64,000 nt of DNA from assembly GCF_009914755.1 (NCBI RefSeq), contig NC_060930.1; one strand, 5' to 3'. Under the pieces are notes generated by a model that did not search any database, was not told where the DNA came from, and saw only the letters and a list, made by a program, of their open reading frames with translations. Of the stretch, positions 1 to 16,440 are shown piece after piece. This DNA is from the human T2T-CHM13v2.0 reference genome, Homo sapiens. Both the position numbers and the translations under genes were made by a program. The stretch's first letter is position 1; each line of letters opens with the position of its first letter.

Positions 1-1700
1 TGTGTGTCTTTTGCGTCCCCTATGGTTCTTTCTACACAGAGGTAATAATTGTCTTATTGATATATAGATATTCATAAGTGTTATACCTTCACTGTGATTT
101 GAAACTTTTAGCATTAATACAAGATCTTCTTTGTCTTGCTCGGTGTTTTTTTGCTTGAATTCTACTTTTTCTGATTTTAAGAATGCTATGCTTGCTTTTT
201 TATTGTATCCATTTGCCTGTTATATTCTGTCCATCCATTTGTTTTTAACATTGTTTTAGGTGTATCTTTTGTATAGTTGAGTCATGCTTTGTGGCCAGAT
301 TTATTTTTTTAAGAGGTGAATTAAGCCTGTTCATATTTATTGATATTACTTTCACATTTATTGAGTTATTGATATATTCGATCTGAACTTTATCATAATA
401 TATTGTGGTGTTATATATGTCATAACATGTTACATTTTATTTCTCTACAATATATGTTTTATTATGCTTTTGAATTGAAATTTTGGTTGCTCTTTAGAAA
501 GGTTATATTTTTGTTTTAATGGTTGCTTTTATACTTAAAACTTTTAAAGTCCCTTATCCCTCATTTTTAACTTTGTTCTTAGTAAAAGTATTCTTTAACT
601 ATTGCCTATGCAATAATCAGTATATTCTACTTTCCTCTTTGCTGCTTTCTTCCATTGTTTAGTTACGTTATTTCTACTTTGTCAGAACATATAACAATTG
701 GATATTAGTCTTTCAATGTAATCCCCAGCTTTTAGTCTGAAATCTGTAATTTTTATGTATTAACATGTTCTCCATTTGTTTTGTGCTGAAATTTTCCTAG
801 TTATTTATTACTTGAACAAGGCTCATGCTTTGGTAAATTCTTCAGAAAGAGCTCATTAATGTGACATTCCTATGCTCTTGTGTGTTTCACGTTTTTTCTG
901 TAGACTTGGTGCTTTAAGGACAGCATTGATGGATATAAACTTCTTGACCCACATTTTTAAAAACTGAGTTGTTTGAAAATGTGGCTTCATTGTTGTCTTG
1001 TTTCCGTGTTGTTTTTGAAGAATCTGATGCCACTCTGATTGCTTTACTCCTCTACATTAGTTGATCTTTTTGCCTAGAGGCCTTGACGATTTTCCCCATT
1101 ATTTATGAAATCTGTTTTATAAGAATATGTCCTATATTTGATTTTTCCAGGTTCTTTTTCACAGGTACCCATTTTATCTGGTATTAGTTCTGCTCCATTG
1201 TTTTTTTTTCCCTCTTTAACGGACTCCAATTATATAAATGTAATTCCTTCTTTGCCTGTGTTCCATTTCTACCACTTTCTTTCTGATTCTTCTTTCTTTA
1301 TTTTACCATCCTCCTTCTGGTTGTTTTTCTCCTTTTCTTCAATGCCCCCTCATTAAATCTTGATTGATTCCATTGTCCCTTGCATGCTTTGGAATTTAGA
1401 TTTTGTTTCTGAGATGATTTTATTTCTTTTTTTTTTCTGAGTTAAATCAATTCTCTTTTCATTTTTTCTCTATTTTTGTTCTTAATTTTTGAGTTTCTGA
1501 CTAAAGCAATTTATATCCTTAAATGCTTGATTGAGCATATGTAACTTAGTTTTTAAGTATTAGTTTGTGTTTCTTTTTAGTGCTCCTTAGTTTTGGGGGG
1601 TGGGTGGGAGAAAAGTTGGATTTTCATTAGTTGAGCTCTTTTGAATTGACTTTCTGATTTTTGAGTAATAATTTTCTATATTTTTATTGAATTTATTTGT
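1..1700 (-). mobile_element. Old L1M LINE-1 fragment (antisense)
   Basis: T-rich degenerate sequence with antisense L1 motifs (cttgaattctactttttctgat..., tttgcctgttatatt, gaagaatctgatgcc). Boundaries approximate. Confidence 0.55.
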
Positions 1701-3654
1701 CGTTCCTTTTTGGTTGTGTAAAAGACTTCCTTAGTCTCTGGTGCCCTCTTCTGTTAGTGTAGCAATGCACACTTTAGTGGTTTATTTATTTATTTTTGGT
1801 GTGGGTTAGAGAATGGTTTTGTAAATCCTCTAATTTTTTAGCTGTGCTTTATCTTTCACAACCTTGAATTTTCTCATTTGCATCTTTTTTCTCTTCCTAC
1901 TCAATTGAAAAGGTTGTCTTTCGCTTTGTATTAACTCCTTTTTCTTTTATTGTAACTATGGTTTTGGGATCCTCTCACTTCAAATTGGGCATGCTTTTAC
2001 ACCACTTTTCTGTGGTCCCTGCTCAGGCCTACTAGGACACTTTTTAAAGGCTTTTCACACTTAGTGTAACTTACACTTTCTGGGTTTCTAAGGTCAACCT
2101 TAGCACCTCACTCATTCTCCTCTCTTTCTCTTATTTTTTCCAGCTTGCTCTTGCTTACTTCAAAGCCTTATCAGTGGGGTAGGAGTATAACAGTTCTGTC
2201 CCTAGGTTTTGACTGGCATTCCTTCCTGCCTGCCTGCCTGCCTGCCAAAGGCATTGTGTTCAATAGTTTTATTTGTTCTTGTTGCTCTAAATTATTTTTA
2301 GAGGAAGCATTGACAGCCGTCATTGTCTTTAGTCCTCATAAGAATAATTTGAGGCCTAGGATATTAGAATATTTCTCTGAAAACGGTTTTGTCTCATTTT
2401 GCTGGCCAGTTAGAGGAAGTATGTCTGGGATTGCCTTAGATCATCTTCGTAGCCTGAAGCTCTCTCTATTGTTCAGAAAATGTGATACCTGACTGCAAGT
2501 CTACACAAGGACTGGTTTACTTTTGTGCTCATCCTCATCAGGGGGATGAGTCTTTTAGGGACTCAAACACCCCAGCTTGGTTCCACAGCAAAGCTTTCCC
2601 TTTTGTCTCACTTCCATGGTAAGCTGTTACAACCCATGTTCAGGTTTTCAGTTGATAGGTTAGATAGGCAGATACTCTCAATGCTTCTCTCTGGCTTTGT
2701 GCTTACTTTATTTTTTATTTTTATTTTTTAATTTTTTACCCCTGGCTTCATGCTTCCTGTAGAGTTCAGTCACTCCTCTCTATCTCGGTTTTACTTCTTC
2801 AATGCTGTTAAGAATTTCTGTATTTTTTTCAGTAGCATTTATCAGGAAGTTTGGTTCTAATTATCAAAACCAACATTACTAGAAATGGCAGCTGACTCAT
2901 TCTTTTATTAAAACATTTTTTATGTTTGATTATGGGACTTTGGGTGGGAAGAATGATACATTCATTTGCTCAGTTATCCCTTTTGAGCCAATCTTCTACC
3001 AAGTAAAGACCTGCTGTGTCACTGACCAGAAAGTTACTTTATTTCAGTGGTAAAGCAGCTTATGACTAATGATAGCTGTGGTTAATAATCATGAAGACAA
3101 TAATGAGGAAAACTTATTTAGCCATTGGAATGTGCCAGATACTCTGTATTTTTTATATATTATTTTGTTTGTAATAAAATCTACTAATTTACTATTATTA
3201 TTCCCACTTTATAGATGATTCCCTGAGGCTTAGCTACTGTATCACTTGCCTAAGTTTACACAGATAGTAAGCGGCAGAAACATGTTTGAGGCTCTGCCTT
3301 GAGCCTTGGAGATACAGGACTAGCAAATTCCAGCTTGCTTCCTACCTTCATGGACCTTACAGGATTTAATTCCTCGACACTGTGGGATGGTCAGGGATGT
3401 AATTTTAGAATATGAAAGCGATTCACTAGTATTTCCACTAGAATTGAGGATAATGTCTCTTGTTGGGAACTGACTATAAGTTCATGCAAATCAAAAACAG
3501 ATTAGCAAAGATCAGAAGAGTGTCTTAATTCTCTAAAAACCCCCCATACCATGTAGCGTAGTGTTTTCTTCAGAGTTGTACTAAGTGAATGTTAATTTCA
3601 TTACGTTTATTGACAGGACATAATGAGTCTTATTCCCACATTATAACTTTTTAG

Positions 3655-4535
<881 letters not shown>

Positions 4536-4685
4536 AGCTAGAGAAAGAAAAATGATTATAACGTTTGCTAAGAATGATAATGGATTAGGTCAGTCTCATC
4601 AATGGAGTGAAAATATACAGGCTGATTTGGAGTATATTATTATGTTATCATTACATGAGGACGTGATCAGTGGAGCAAGGTTCTT

Positions 4686-4994
<309 letters not shown>

Positions 4995-5414
4995 CAGTGG
5001 AGCAAGGTTCTTAACCATGTGAATGAACCAGTGGAAAACTTTACGTATTGCCATACTGATTACCACTATCAACAGGAGTATATTAACAGTATATTATATC
5101 AACAGCAAAAACATTAACAGTATATTTCGTGCAGGAGGAACAATAGTGTTGCAATCTAGACCTCACTTAGTCACTTGCCTTTATTTTTCAAAAAATATTT
5201 GTTTTCAGTAATGCCACCTTCCCCCTCCAGCTATTTTTAACTTAATTGAGATATATTTTGTTTTTTTAAATCACGATATAAAGAGAAGGTTAGTGGATTT
5301 TCCTAATTGTGACTATCTTTAAGAAATACTTACATTTCTTATCTGAGAAGACAGATGACCTACTGTGGTTAGGATTCTCCTTTACTCTCTTATTCTTGTG
5401 AGCTTTTGTAAAAG

Positions 5415-6150
5415 TCAGTGTTGTTGAGGTGTAATTAACATAAAGTAAGCTACACATATCTAAAGTGTACATTTTGATCAGTTGACATACAATGAACTGC
5501 ACACGAACATACTCGCACAGTCTTACAAGTTTTGACGTCTTGCAAGTTCATGCCATGAAGCTACCAGCAGAATCAATACATGAACATCTTCATTGTCCCC
5601 AGGAGTTTCCTCCTGCTCACTGGCAATCCTTCCCTTCTGCCCTTACCACATCTCACCCCGGGCAACATGTGATCTGCTTTCTGGTGCCATTAATCAGTTT
5701 GCATTTTTTAGGTTTATATAAATGGAATCTTAGAATATGTGCTCTTTTTTGTCTGGCTTGTTTTACTTAAAATAATTATTTTGAAATTCATCCATATCAT
5801 AGTGTATATGAGTAGTTGATTCCTTTTGTTAATCAGTATCCCATTCCACGATTTGTTTATCCATACATTCATTGATAGGTATCTGGGTAGTTTCCAGTTT
5901 TTTGCTATTATCAGTAAAGCGTCTATGAACATTCATGGATCAGTCTTTCTGGGTCGTACGTTTTCACTCCTCATAAACATAGGTATATGTTTAACTTAAA
6001 AAAAAAAACTGCTAAGCTATTATCTGAAGGGTTGCACCATCTCGATTCCCAACAGTAGTCTGAAAATGCCAGTTGCTGTACATCTTCAGCAACACTTGAT
6101 AGGGTTAGTCATTTTAATTGTAGCCATTCTAACAGGAGTCCAGTGGTATG
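5415..6150 (-). mobile_element. L1ME/MC-type 3' end (antisense)
   Basis: ttgaggtgtaattaacata...taaagtgtacattttgatcagttgaca..., tttatataaatggaatc, ttccagttttttgctatta. Confidence 0.75.
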
Positions 6151-6242
6151 TCAAATACACATTTGGCATTTATAAAGGACTTCTCCATATAAACAAACAG
6201 AAATTGCAACTTAAGAGAAAAATGGGTGAACATGAAGGTGGC

Positions 6243-6246
<4 letters not shown>

Positions 6247-6286
<40 letters not shown>
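6247..6286. repeat. (TA)20 microsatellite
   Basis: Pure TA dinucleotide run. Confidence 0.95.
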
Positions 6287-6288
<2 letters not shown>

Positions 6289-8386
6289 GACCAATAAATA
6301 TATGAAAAGATGCTTGTCTTTATTAGTAATCAGGGAAAAACAAAACCACAAAGAGCTTTTTCAAATGGGAAATAATTTTTTAAATCTAACATTTTAAATC
6401 GTTGACAAAGGTGTAGAGAAATAGAGTATAGCACAAAGTTCTGGCCTTACGCAGGATTCATGGTCACCGTTCTTCCAGCTGGGACTTCAGTACTCACTGT
6501 TCTTGATTCACCTCTATTTTTTCATACTCCAGATTTCCCCTACTTATGCCTGAACTCAAATATGTATTTAAAGAGAATCTTGTTGTAATTTATTAAGCCT
6601 CTCCTGCTCTGTTTTAGCAAGGTTTTTTAGAATATCTTGACTGCCATATTGCCAAACGCATAGTTCATGTAATATATAAGAAACCACTAGCTAATCTTCT
6701 GTATTTTTAATATAAATACATTTTCAAAAAGTGCACATCAACTTCAGGATAATGTTTTTCTAGGAAGTGGGAAATGGTATTAGGGAGGGGTGGAAACCAT
6801 GTTTCAAATGGATTTATAATGTTTTTTTTTTTAAACTAAAGTTAAATATGACAAAATGTTATGGTTTGATAAAACTGAATAATGAGTATATGGGTGGTTG
6901 CTATTTTCTCTTCCTGTCTCTAGGTTTGATATATTTCATTAAAATGGCGTAATATAATAGTGAAATAGGTTTCAAATAGAAATTGCTGATGTGAAAAACC
7001 TATGATAGCCAGCATCTCTTTGCTTTCATGATAAAAGAAAGGAATTGTGATATTTTAAACATTTATATCATCTGTTTAACACAAATGCAGGGAGATGGAT
7101 TGAGCTGTTCAGGCCATTTTAGAGGCAGGGTGAGGTAGAAGGGATTCTAGTATTTTAAGGAGGTAGCATTGTGTCTTAACAGAAAGATTCAGGCTCATCT
7201 GAATTTTTCCATTGCCAAACTATGGAGAGAATTTTTTTTAGCATCCTCCTTATTTATGTCATCCTACATATTTCTATAATCAAATGATTTGCTGTTGGTG
7301 AGGTTTAGAAGCTGGATTTGCACCCTGTTGCAGGCATCACAATATTGAATAAGCTAGCCATACTCCCTGTCTTCAAAGAGCCATGGAGCCTTGGATCTTG
7401 AGCTCTCTCCTTGGGAAACATAGGATGTTCTCCGAGCACACAGGCAAGGCGCCTCCTCCTGAGCCCAGCCTGTGCTCCTGGAAGGCTCCTGCTGAGGCAC
7501 ATGCACGCTGACACCTGGTAAGTGGGAATTAGCCTTGGGAAAGGATAAGCAAGGTGGGGGGGCAGAAGAATGGGGTGAAAAATGACAAAGCAGGTGACAC
7601 AAGTACTTGTGGAGAGCAAGCATGATGCAGCACAGTCCACGGAAAGAAGGAAAGAAGAGGCAAGGGGAAGAAAAATGATTGACAGTAGACTCTTATGACC
7701 ATGGAGAAACGGTAGTGTAGAATCAGAAAACTTAAAATGAAGCTCCTGTTCATCCCCTTACTCTGAAGTCCTGAACAGGTCACGTAGCATTTCAGGTCTC
7801 AGTTTTCTAACTTTTAAAAGTTGTGATGATACTTGCTTCACTCAAGAATAAAACAAGATAACGTGAAAGATGCCTTGTAAGTAAAAAATATCAGATAAAT
7901 ATGTAAATATGAACAAACGGAAGAAGGAAGGAAGGAAAGGAAAGTTAAGACAAGACAATAAAAGCAGGGAGCACATGACGAAAGAGTAATACGATCAAAG
8001 AGCAACGGTCATGGCTGATTCGCCTTTATCATGTCTGAGGGAACAAGAAGGAGCTGTGTACCAGACTGTGGCACCGTAGCCTTATTGGTGCTGATGGTGG
8101 CTTTCATATCTGCACCAGGAGATATTTTAAAAAGTAAGCCATGTGCTGGCCTCTGTATAGATTATATAAGCTGTCCAAGGTGTTTCAGGATATATATCTC
8201 TCTGAAAATATGGTCCTAGACTTTCCTTTGTGTTATTTTTTATATTTGTATTTGCGTAGCTTTCAAATGCAGATGTCAGGTTTCCTTACAAAAAACAATT
8301 TATGCAATATATGACTTTTCTGACTGTGATGCCTGTCCTGACATGGTGGGCATGATCCTGGCCAAGAATTAAGAATCTTAAATTTG

Positions 8387-8738
<352 letters not shown>

Positions 8739-9341
8739 TTATTGTTTTAAAAATATTGTCAGCCTAGACTTTTGGTAGTCAGCTTTTATTACAGATCGAT
8801 GTTGCTATTTTATAAATGTTCAAATTCACTTTTTGTCTGTAAGACTGAGCTGGCAGAATTATGGAATGGAATTAAAGTTTAAAAATCCACCTGCTTGGAT
8901 AATACATGTTGGTTCACACGCATCAGAATCTATCTGGGAAGAAAGCCTTTTCTTTTTCTTCTTTCCTTTGAGCCATGGTCATTTTTAACCCCATCCACAC
9001 AGTGGCCAGGCATCCTGAAACTGCTGAAAGGTGCCTCATTCACACACCCTTGCCATGCCCTGGTGTGTTTCTGCCGGTTGTGTTGCCACGAGCTGTTGTT
9101 GTAGAGGTGTGTGAGCTTGTCCCCGACCGTGTTTGCCGTGTTTGTGACGTCCGCTGTATTGCCTCTCAGGGGAGATGTGAAGTGAAGTGGGAAGGTGACT
9201 GGAACCTGGGCCCATCTGATGAACTAGAAGAGTGAGAGGGTCTGTATCACAGAACACAGACAGTGCTGTGTGCTTCCTTCATGCTCACACTGAATGTTAA
9301 CAATGCTTTCAGGATTCTCAGCTGTTTCTTCTGAACTCTGA

Positions 9342-9758
<417 letters not shown>

Positions 9759-9894
9759 TAAGTAATTTTGCTAGCTTCTGAAAAATGTCTTGGTAAACCT
9801 ATCTAGGTGCCATCAACCTGGATTAAATTTACATTAATAATAGCAATAATAATGGTAATAATGGTGACGATAGAGATAATAGTTAACAGTGTGA

Positions 9895-10230
9895 AACCCT
9901 GTGCTAAGCACGTTGACAAGGAGTTTTTTCTTTTGACGTGCATCTATGATATGGGTGTTACAATCTCTGTTTTTCAGATGTTGTATTGAGAGTAAAAATT
10001 AGGTTTATAATTAATTGTTAGTGCTACATTCTTCTTAAATGGAATCACATCAAAAATTTTAAGTGTGTATCACTTTAAAAATTTTTAAACCATCTCTATG
10101 ATATGGGTGTTACAATCTCCGTTTTTCAGATGCAGGAACCTAGACACAGAGAAAAAGTGCCATGTAAAAATCACAGGGCTGGTAAGTATTTGAGGCAGTT
10201 CGAGCCCACAGGCTGACTTCTAAGGCCATA
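9895..10230 (-). mobile_element. MIR relic interrupted by a templated insertion
   Basis: ctgtgctaagcac...tccgtttttcagatgcaggaacctagacacaga...tcacagggctggtaagt...gctgacttctaaggcc resembles the MIR core. Confidence 0.65.
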
Positions 10231-10283
10231 CCAGAAGTTAGCTTTTGGATAGGATACAAAGAAATCTTATTAGTAATATTTCA

Positions 10284-10541
<258 letters not shown>

Positions 10542-11338
10542 CTAGGTGCTGCCTCTGATTCTGCCTCTGATTCTTTCCTTTACCTTCTCTTCCCATTCAG
10601 TGCCTCCTGGTAGCTAGCTTGTGGTAAAGCCTCCATTTACTACATCATATCCAATTACATTCTGGGTAGCAAAGACCATTTAAAAACTTAAGGTTCACTC
10701 TTTCTATAATTAGTGATGAATGGGAACTGCCTCTACAGGCCTCAGAAATATTGAGCAACTCTTTTTATATTTGTTTTTATGGTCCAGGCTTTTCACCTTT
10801 TATTATTATTATTGGATTCCTTTGTTCTTGAAAAGCAAAATTAAAAATTAGAACACACTATTTCCTTGTGGCAGTATGTTATTACAGCTGCTTTAGTTTC
10901 AGGTTTTTTTCCTGTCCAAATGTGGTTTATTATTTTCTGCTAACATTTCAATTGTACCAGCATCCTAAGGCTATTATAAGAAAGGTTATCATTTTAGAAT
11001 TAGAAAGAAATAAAATAACTCTTTAGACTATTTTTATGCTTGTGGATTTTGTTGTCATTTTTAATATTTCTCGAGTGTTTTCTGTATATTTTGTACTGTG
11101 CTTAGTAGATCATTTCTTTCAGAGTAACCAAGGTGGGGATTTAGGATTTCTAACTTTTAAATTTCTCTTTCTGTCCTTGAGTTTCCAGCCTTTCTTTGGC
11201 ACAGTTTCTTTGCTAAACATTGGCATTTCCCTTTCTAAAGGATTGGCCTTGTAGCACAGTTTAGATTAATTAGTGTGAAGGAGAGATGGATTGGGACCCT
11301 TGGGGGAGTCATGTCTTGTCTTTGCTTGTTAAAAGACC

Positions 11339-11696
11339 TGTGGTGGTCATTGAAATGCACCTCCCAGCATGCCCTCCGAGGGTCCAGGCTGATGGGATTG
11401 CCGATCGCCTGCAGCTGTCAGCTTCTTGGGGAATTGCCTCAGCTGCAGGGAGCCTCCTTGCCCAAAGACATGCCCTTCCTGGGGCAGCCCACATCCGAAG
11501 ACTGAATGTGGCAAGAATACAAAGGCCCTCCATGGGCCATTCTGATGGGCTGTCTGCTCCAGACCTCTGGCAAGGTAAAGGCTTCATTGGCCTGACTGTA
11601 GTTCGTTGACTTCTCCCTCTGCCCAGTTTGCTGCCACTGTCTTCATCCACACGTGTTGATTCCCTTCAGATAACGTGCTTGCCAGCCCAACCTGCA
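11339..11696 (+). mobile_element. LTR16A-like ERVL solo LTR
   Basis: gctgtcagc...attgcctcagctgcagggagcc...ccttcctggggcagcccacatcc...acttctccctctgcccag matches my recall of LTR16A. Confidence 0.7.
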
Positions 11697-14030
11697 TAGG
11701 GACCTATACATGGTCCCATCCAGCAGAAACATTCTAGGGCCCTGTGTTGTGAGTGATGTCCTGGTCAGGAGTGAAATCACTTGATCATGTGTAATAAGGA
11801 ATCACGTCTTCCATACCTTTTCATATTTTTTTATCCATGAGGCTCTATTAGTATAAATGAAGTGAAAGGGATCAAGAGTAAGAATTAGATTTATAATTAA
11901 TTGTTAGTGCTACATTCTTCCTAAATGGAATCACATCAAAAATTGTAAGTGTGTATCACTTTATTAATTTTTAAATCAGCTCTTTTGGGCTGGCTGCTGT
12001 TGCCTGGCTTGGGGAGTGTTATCCTTCTCAGAGTACTCCTAGACAGCGAAGTAGCCAAGGCAGTTGTTGCATTCAAGCAATTTTGACTTGTCTGTACTCG
12101 CCTCGCCGTAGCTTAGATGTAGTCTAGAGCAGGTTGCTCTTTCCGATAAAAACGGGCCAACACCTTCAACCTCTGAGACTTGGGATCATTAACTGTGAAA
12201 AGTGAAGTGCCTCGCTTTAAGCCAGTGGAGGGACTCAGTGGAAATAAGACACCACCCTAGGAATCAGGTGGAGAGAGGCCTAAGACACACTTTTCCTTAG
12301 ATGTCTAGTGAAGTGGGAAAATATATACTAGGGTTGATCTGTTGGGGCTAAGGAATTGGTACAAGGGAACCTCTTTAGAGAAAGGTTGAGATAGCAATAG
12401 TTGAGCTGAACTATAATACTTTTAAGGAGCCCAGAAACCTTCCTGATTCTATGGCAGTTGGGCAGAGGATAACAGAGAGGTTCACTAATCTAGGGAAATA
12501 ATAAATTGAAATTGTTTGGGGTTTTATGTTAATTAAAATAAAATTATTGGATCTTAAGGTACAGAGAAAAAGGCACTGAAAATTTTAGGGCTGCTGTAAT
12601 GAAAACCATCAGTGTGCCTGGAACTACACCCATTGCAAACTATTTTTACTGGTACTAATAACTCTCAGGTGGTTGGTATACAGGTGACCTAGAAACCATT
12701 AAGATTTAGGGAGAGAGGGAAGATTCTCCTTCTACTCTTTAGGTTCATAGAAAGCTCAATTTCCTGATTGATTTCAGCCACTTCTCTTCTGGCCTGTCTT
12801 CTAGCTCTACTAAGGAATTGATCATCAGCATAAAGTTAGTTATCAGAACTCTGTTATCAACCACTTTAACTCCTTCACTCCTTTGACTTGCACTGGACAC
12901 TTGATGAAAACCTAGCCTTGAATATGTGCCCAAATCTCTTTATGCTTCCCCCTCCTGTAGCAGCTCAGATTTGCCACCTTAGCCAGGTCAAGGTTGGTGG
13001 CTCTCTTCTTTCTTATTTTGGTCAGCTCACTGTACAAATCCCTTTTTTTCTGTTATTCCACACCATTTTTTCAGTCTCCATTTTTCTATTCTTTGTCAGA
13101 GGATAAGCTGTATTTTACTGAGAAAATCTAGGTGACTGGCTGTGGATTTTGTGCTTAGTTGGACTGCTGATTACCAGCCCATCGGTTTCTCTAGAATTTT
13201 GTTTCATCAGCTTTAAATATACCCTAAATGATGTCATCTCACAATAAAACAAACAACTACCATTATTTGATGATCCATCTTTCTCTGGAAACTTACTGTC
13301 CTTTTCAGCTACAGTTTATGAAATATACCTTCCAATTGCTGCCCGACAGAGGCAGCAGTGGTTAGTTCATTCTAATGGTTTCTGTTGAGGTCACGATTGA
13401 TTTCCAAATTATAAAATTCAACAGATTGGGGAAAACACTTATTATGCTGAATCTTTCTGCTTACTCTTTTGTTTATTGAATTATAATGGGCTTCCAATAA
13501 ACTAAAGTGTACAATTTGATAACTTTTGACATAATTATACACACACTAAACCATCACCACAATCAAGATATACTCATCACCCCAAAACGTTTCCTTGTGC
13601 TCCTTCACCGTCCCTCTACCACCTCTTCTGCCCACTCTCCCTACCCACCAGGCCTAGGTAACTAGTGATCTGCTTTCTGTTACTATAGGTTGGTTACCAT
13701 TTTCTAGATTTATGTTCAAGGAAATCCTATTGTATGTATTCTCTGGCTTCTTTCACTCAGCATAATTATTTTGAGATTCACGCATTTTGTAGCGTGTTAT
13801 CAATACTTCATTCCTTTTTGTTACTAAGTAGGGTATTACATTGTATTGATATTCCACAATATGTGTATTCATCCACCTATTGTTGGCTATTTGGGTTGTT
13901 TCCAGGTTTTGGCTATTGCAAATGAAGCTTCTATAAATATTTGTGGACAAGTCTTTATATGGACATCGCTTTTTTTTTTCTTGAGTAAATAGCTACAAAT
14001 GGAATGGCTGCATGGTAGGTATATGACTGT

Positions 14031-14335
14031 TTTTTTTTTTTTTTTTTTTTTTGAGACAGAGTCTCACTCTGTCACCCAGGCTTGAGTGCAGCATCGCGAT
14101 CTCGGCTCACTGCAACCTCCGTCTCCTGGGTTCAAGCAATTCTCTGCCTCAGCCCCGCGAGTAGCTGAGATTACAGGCGCCCGCCACCATGCCTGGGTAA
14201 TTTTTTTTTGTATTTTTAGTAGAGACCGGGTTTCACCAACTTGGCCAGGCTGGTCTTGAACTCCTGACCTCATGATGCACCTGCCTTGGCCTCCCAAAAT
14301 GCTGGGATTACAGGCGTGAGCCACCGCACCCGGCC
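14031..14335 (-). mobile_element. AluS
   Basis: Full antisense dimer. ATGACT flanks both ends. Confidence 0.95.
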
Positions 14336-14514
14336 ATGACTAACTTTTAAAGAAACTGTCGAACTGTTCAACTGCTTGTACCATGTTACATTTCCACTAG
14401 CAGTGCCTAGGAGTGGAAGTTGCTCCTCATTTTTGCTAGCACTTGTTATAGTCATTGTAATTTTAGCCATTCTGATAGGAGTGTAGTGGTATCTGATTAT
14501 GATTTTAATTTGTA

Positions 14515-14519
<5 letters not shown>

Positions 14520-14546
<27 letters not shown>

Positions 14547-14834
14547 TTTTGAGACAGAGTCTTGCTCTGTCGCCAAGGCTGGAGTGCAGTGGTGTGATCT
14601 CAGCTCACTGCAACCTCCACCTCCTGGGTTCAAGCAGTTCTCTCCCACCTCAGCCTCCCAAGTAGCTGGGATTACAGGTGCACGCCACCACGCCTAGGTA
14701 ATTTTTGTATTTTTAGTAGAGACAGAGTTTCGCTATGTTAGCTAGGCTGGCCTGGAACTCCTGACCTCAGGTGATTCACCCACCTCGGCCTCCCAAAGTG
14801 TTGGGATTACAGGCGTGAGCCACCGCTCCCTGCC
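14520..14834 (-). mobile_element. AluS
   Basis: Full antisense dimer. TSD TAATTTGT(A/G)TTTTCTT. Confidence 0.95.
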
Positions 14835-14934
14835 TAATTTGTGTTTTCTTAGTTGATAATGATGCTGAATATTATGTACTTATTTGCATTCATATAACTA
14901 TTTGGCAAAGTATTCAAATATTTTGCCCATTTGT

Positions 14935-15224
14935 TTTCTTTCTTTTTTTTGGTCTTGCTCTTTTGCCCAGGCTGGAGTGAAGTGGCATGATCTCAGCTCA
15001 CTGCATCCTTGACCTCCCAGGTCAAGCGATGCGCCCACTTCAGCCTCCCAAGTAATGGGGATTACAGGTGCTCATCACAATGCCAGTTAATTTTGTTTAT
15101 ATTTTGTAGAGATGGGGTCTCACTATATTGTCCAGGCTGGTCTTGAACTCCTGGGCTCAAGCAGTCTGCCCACATTGGCCTCCCAAAGTGCTGGGATTAC
15201 AGGTGTGAGCTATTGCGCCTGGCC
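14935..15224 (-). mobile_element. AluJ
   Basis: AluJ features (tctcactatattg, ctcctgggctcaagc). Confidence 0.9.
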
Positions 15225-16440
15225 CTATTATCTTTTTATTGATTTTTGAAACTGTGAATTTTGGATATGATTCTTTTGTGGGATGTGGGATTTGCAATAT
15301 TTTCACTCAGTCTTTTCATTAGTGTTGTTCCTCAAAAGGCAGAAGTTCTTTAACTTTGATGAAACCCAGTTAACCAATTTTTTTCTTTTATGGATTATGC
15401 TTTTGATATTGTTTCTCGGACATCTTTCCTAACCCAAGGTCACAAAGATTTTTCTACTATGTTTTCTTGTAGAAGTTTTATAGTTTTCAGTTTTATATTT
15501 AGATTTGTGATTCCTTTGAAGAATTTTATGGATGATCTGAGGTACGGATTGAAATTTTGTTTTCCATATTGATATCCAGTTGTTCCAGCATCGTTTGTTG
15601 AAATGACCTTTCCTTCTGCACTGCAAAGTCTTCGTACCATTGTCTGGAATCAATTAACCATGTATGTCTGGGGCTATTTCTGGACTCTCTATTCTGTTCC
15701 ATGCATCTGTTATTTGTCTATCTTGACACAATACTTCACTGTCTTTATCACAGTAGCTTTATAATGCCTTAAAATCGGTTAAATTCTTGTAACTTTGTTC
15801 TTTTTTCAAAGTTATTTTAATTAGATTGTTTACATTTGATGTTATTATTGATGTTGTTGGATTGAAATGATCATTTTGCTATTTGCTTTCTATGAGTAAC
15901 ATTTTTTTTCTTTGTTCTCTTACTTTGTTTGGATTAATTGTATTTTTTATTATTCCATTTTATTTCCTTTGTCTTATGAGGGGTAACTTTTTGTTTTGTT
16001 ATTGTAGCAGTTGCTTTAGGATTTACAGTTATCACAGTCTCACTTCACTTTGAGTGCTGTTACCCCACTTCTGTATAGCGTAAGAACAGCAGACTTCCCT
16101 GTTTCCCATCTTGGCCTTTGTGCCGTCACATATTTTAATTCTTATGTATACTATCAACTCCTAAATACGTTATGATTGTTTTTGCTTTGAATAGTTGATC
16201 AGCTTTTAAAGATATTTAAATAGTAAGAAAAGTCTTTATATCTCCTAGGTCCTTACCATCTTCAGTGCTCTTCATCTGGGTTCCCAACTGATATTTTCCT
16301 TCTGCACAGCAGAAGGTCTGCTTCTGCTAGTGATGAATTCTTTTGCATTTGTATGTCCATAAAGCTTTTATTTTGCCTTTATTTTTGAGATATTTTCACT
16401 GGGAAAAGAATTCTAGATTAATAGTTTTTTTTACCTCTGT

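Noticed and set aside
5067-5127. Short imperfect tandem duplication (tatcaacag...attaacagtatatt x2); likewise the 12-bp doublet at 10551-10574
   Set aside because: Ordinary slippage-scale duplications.
15429-15653. ORF with similarity to L1 ORF2 protein
   Set aside because: Frameshifted remnant of an old L1M; not an intact element.
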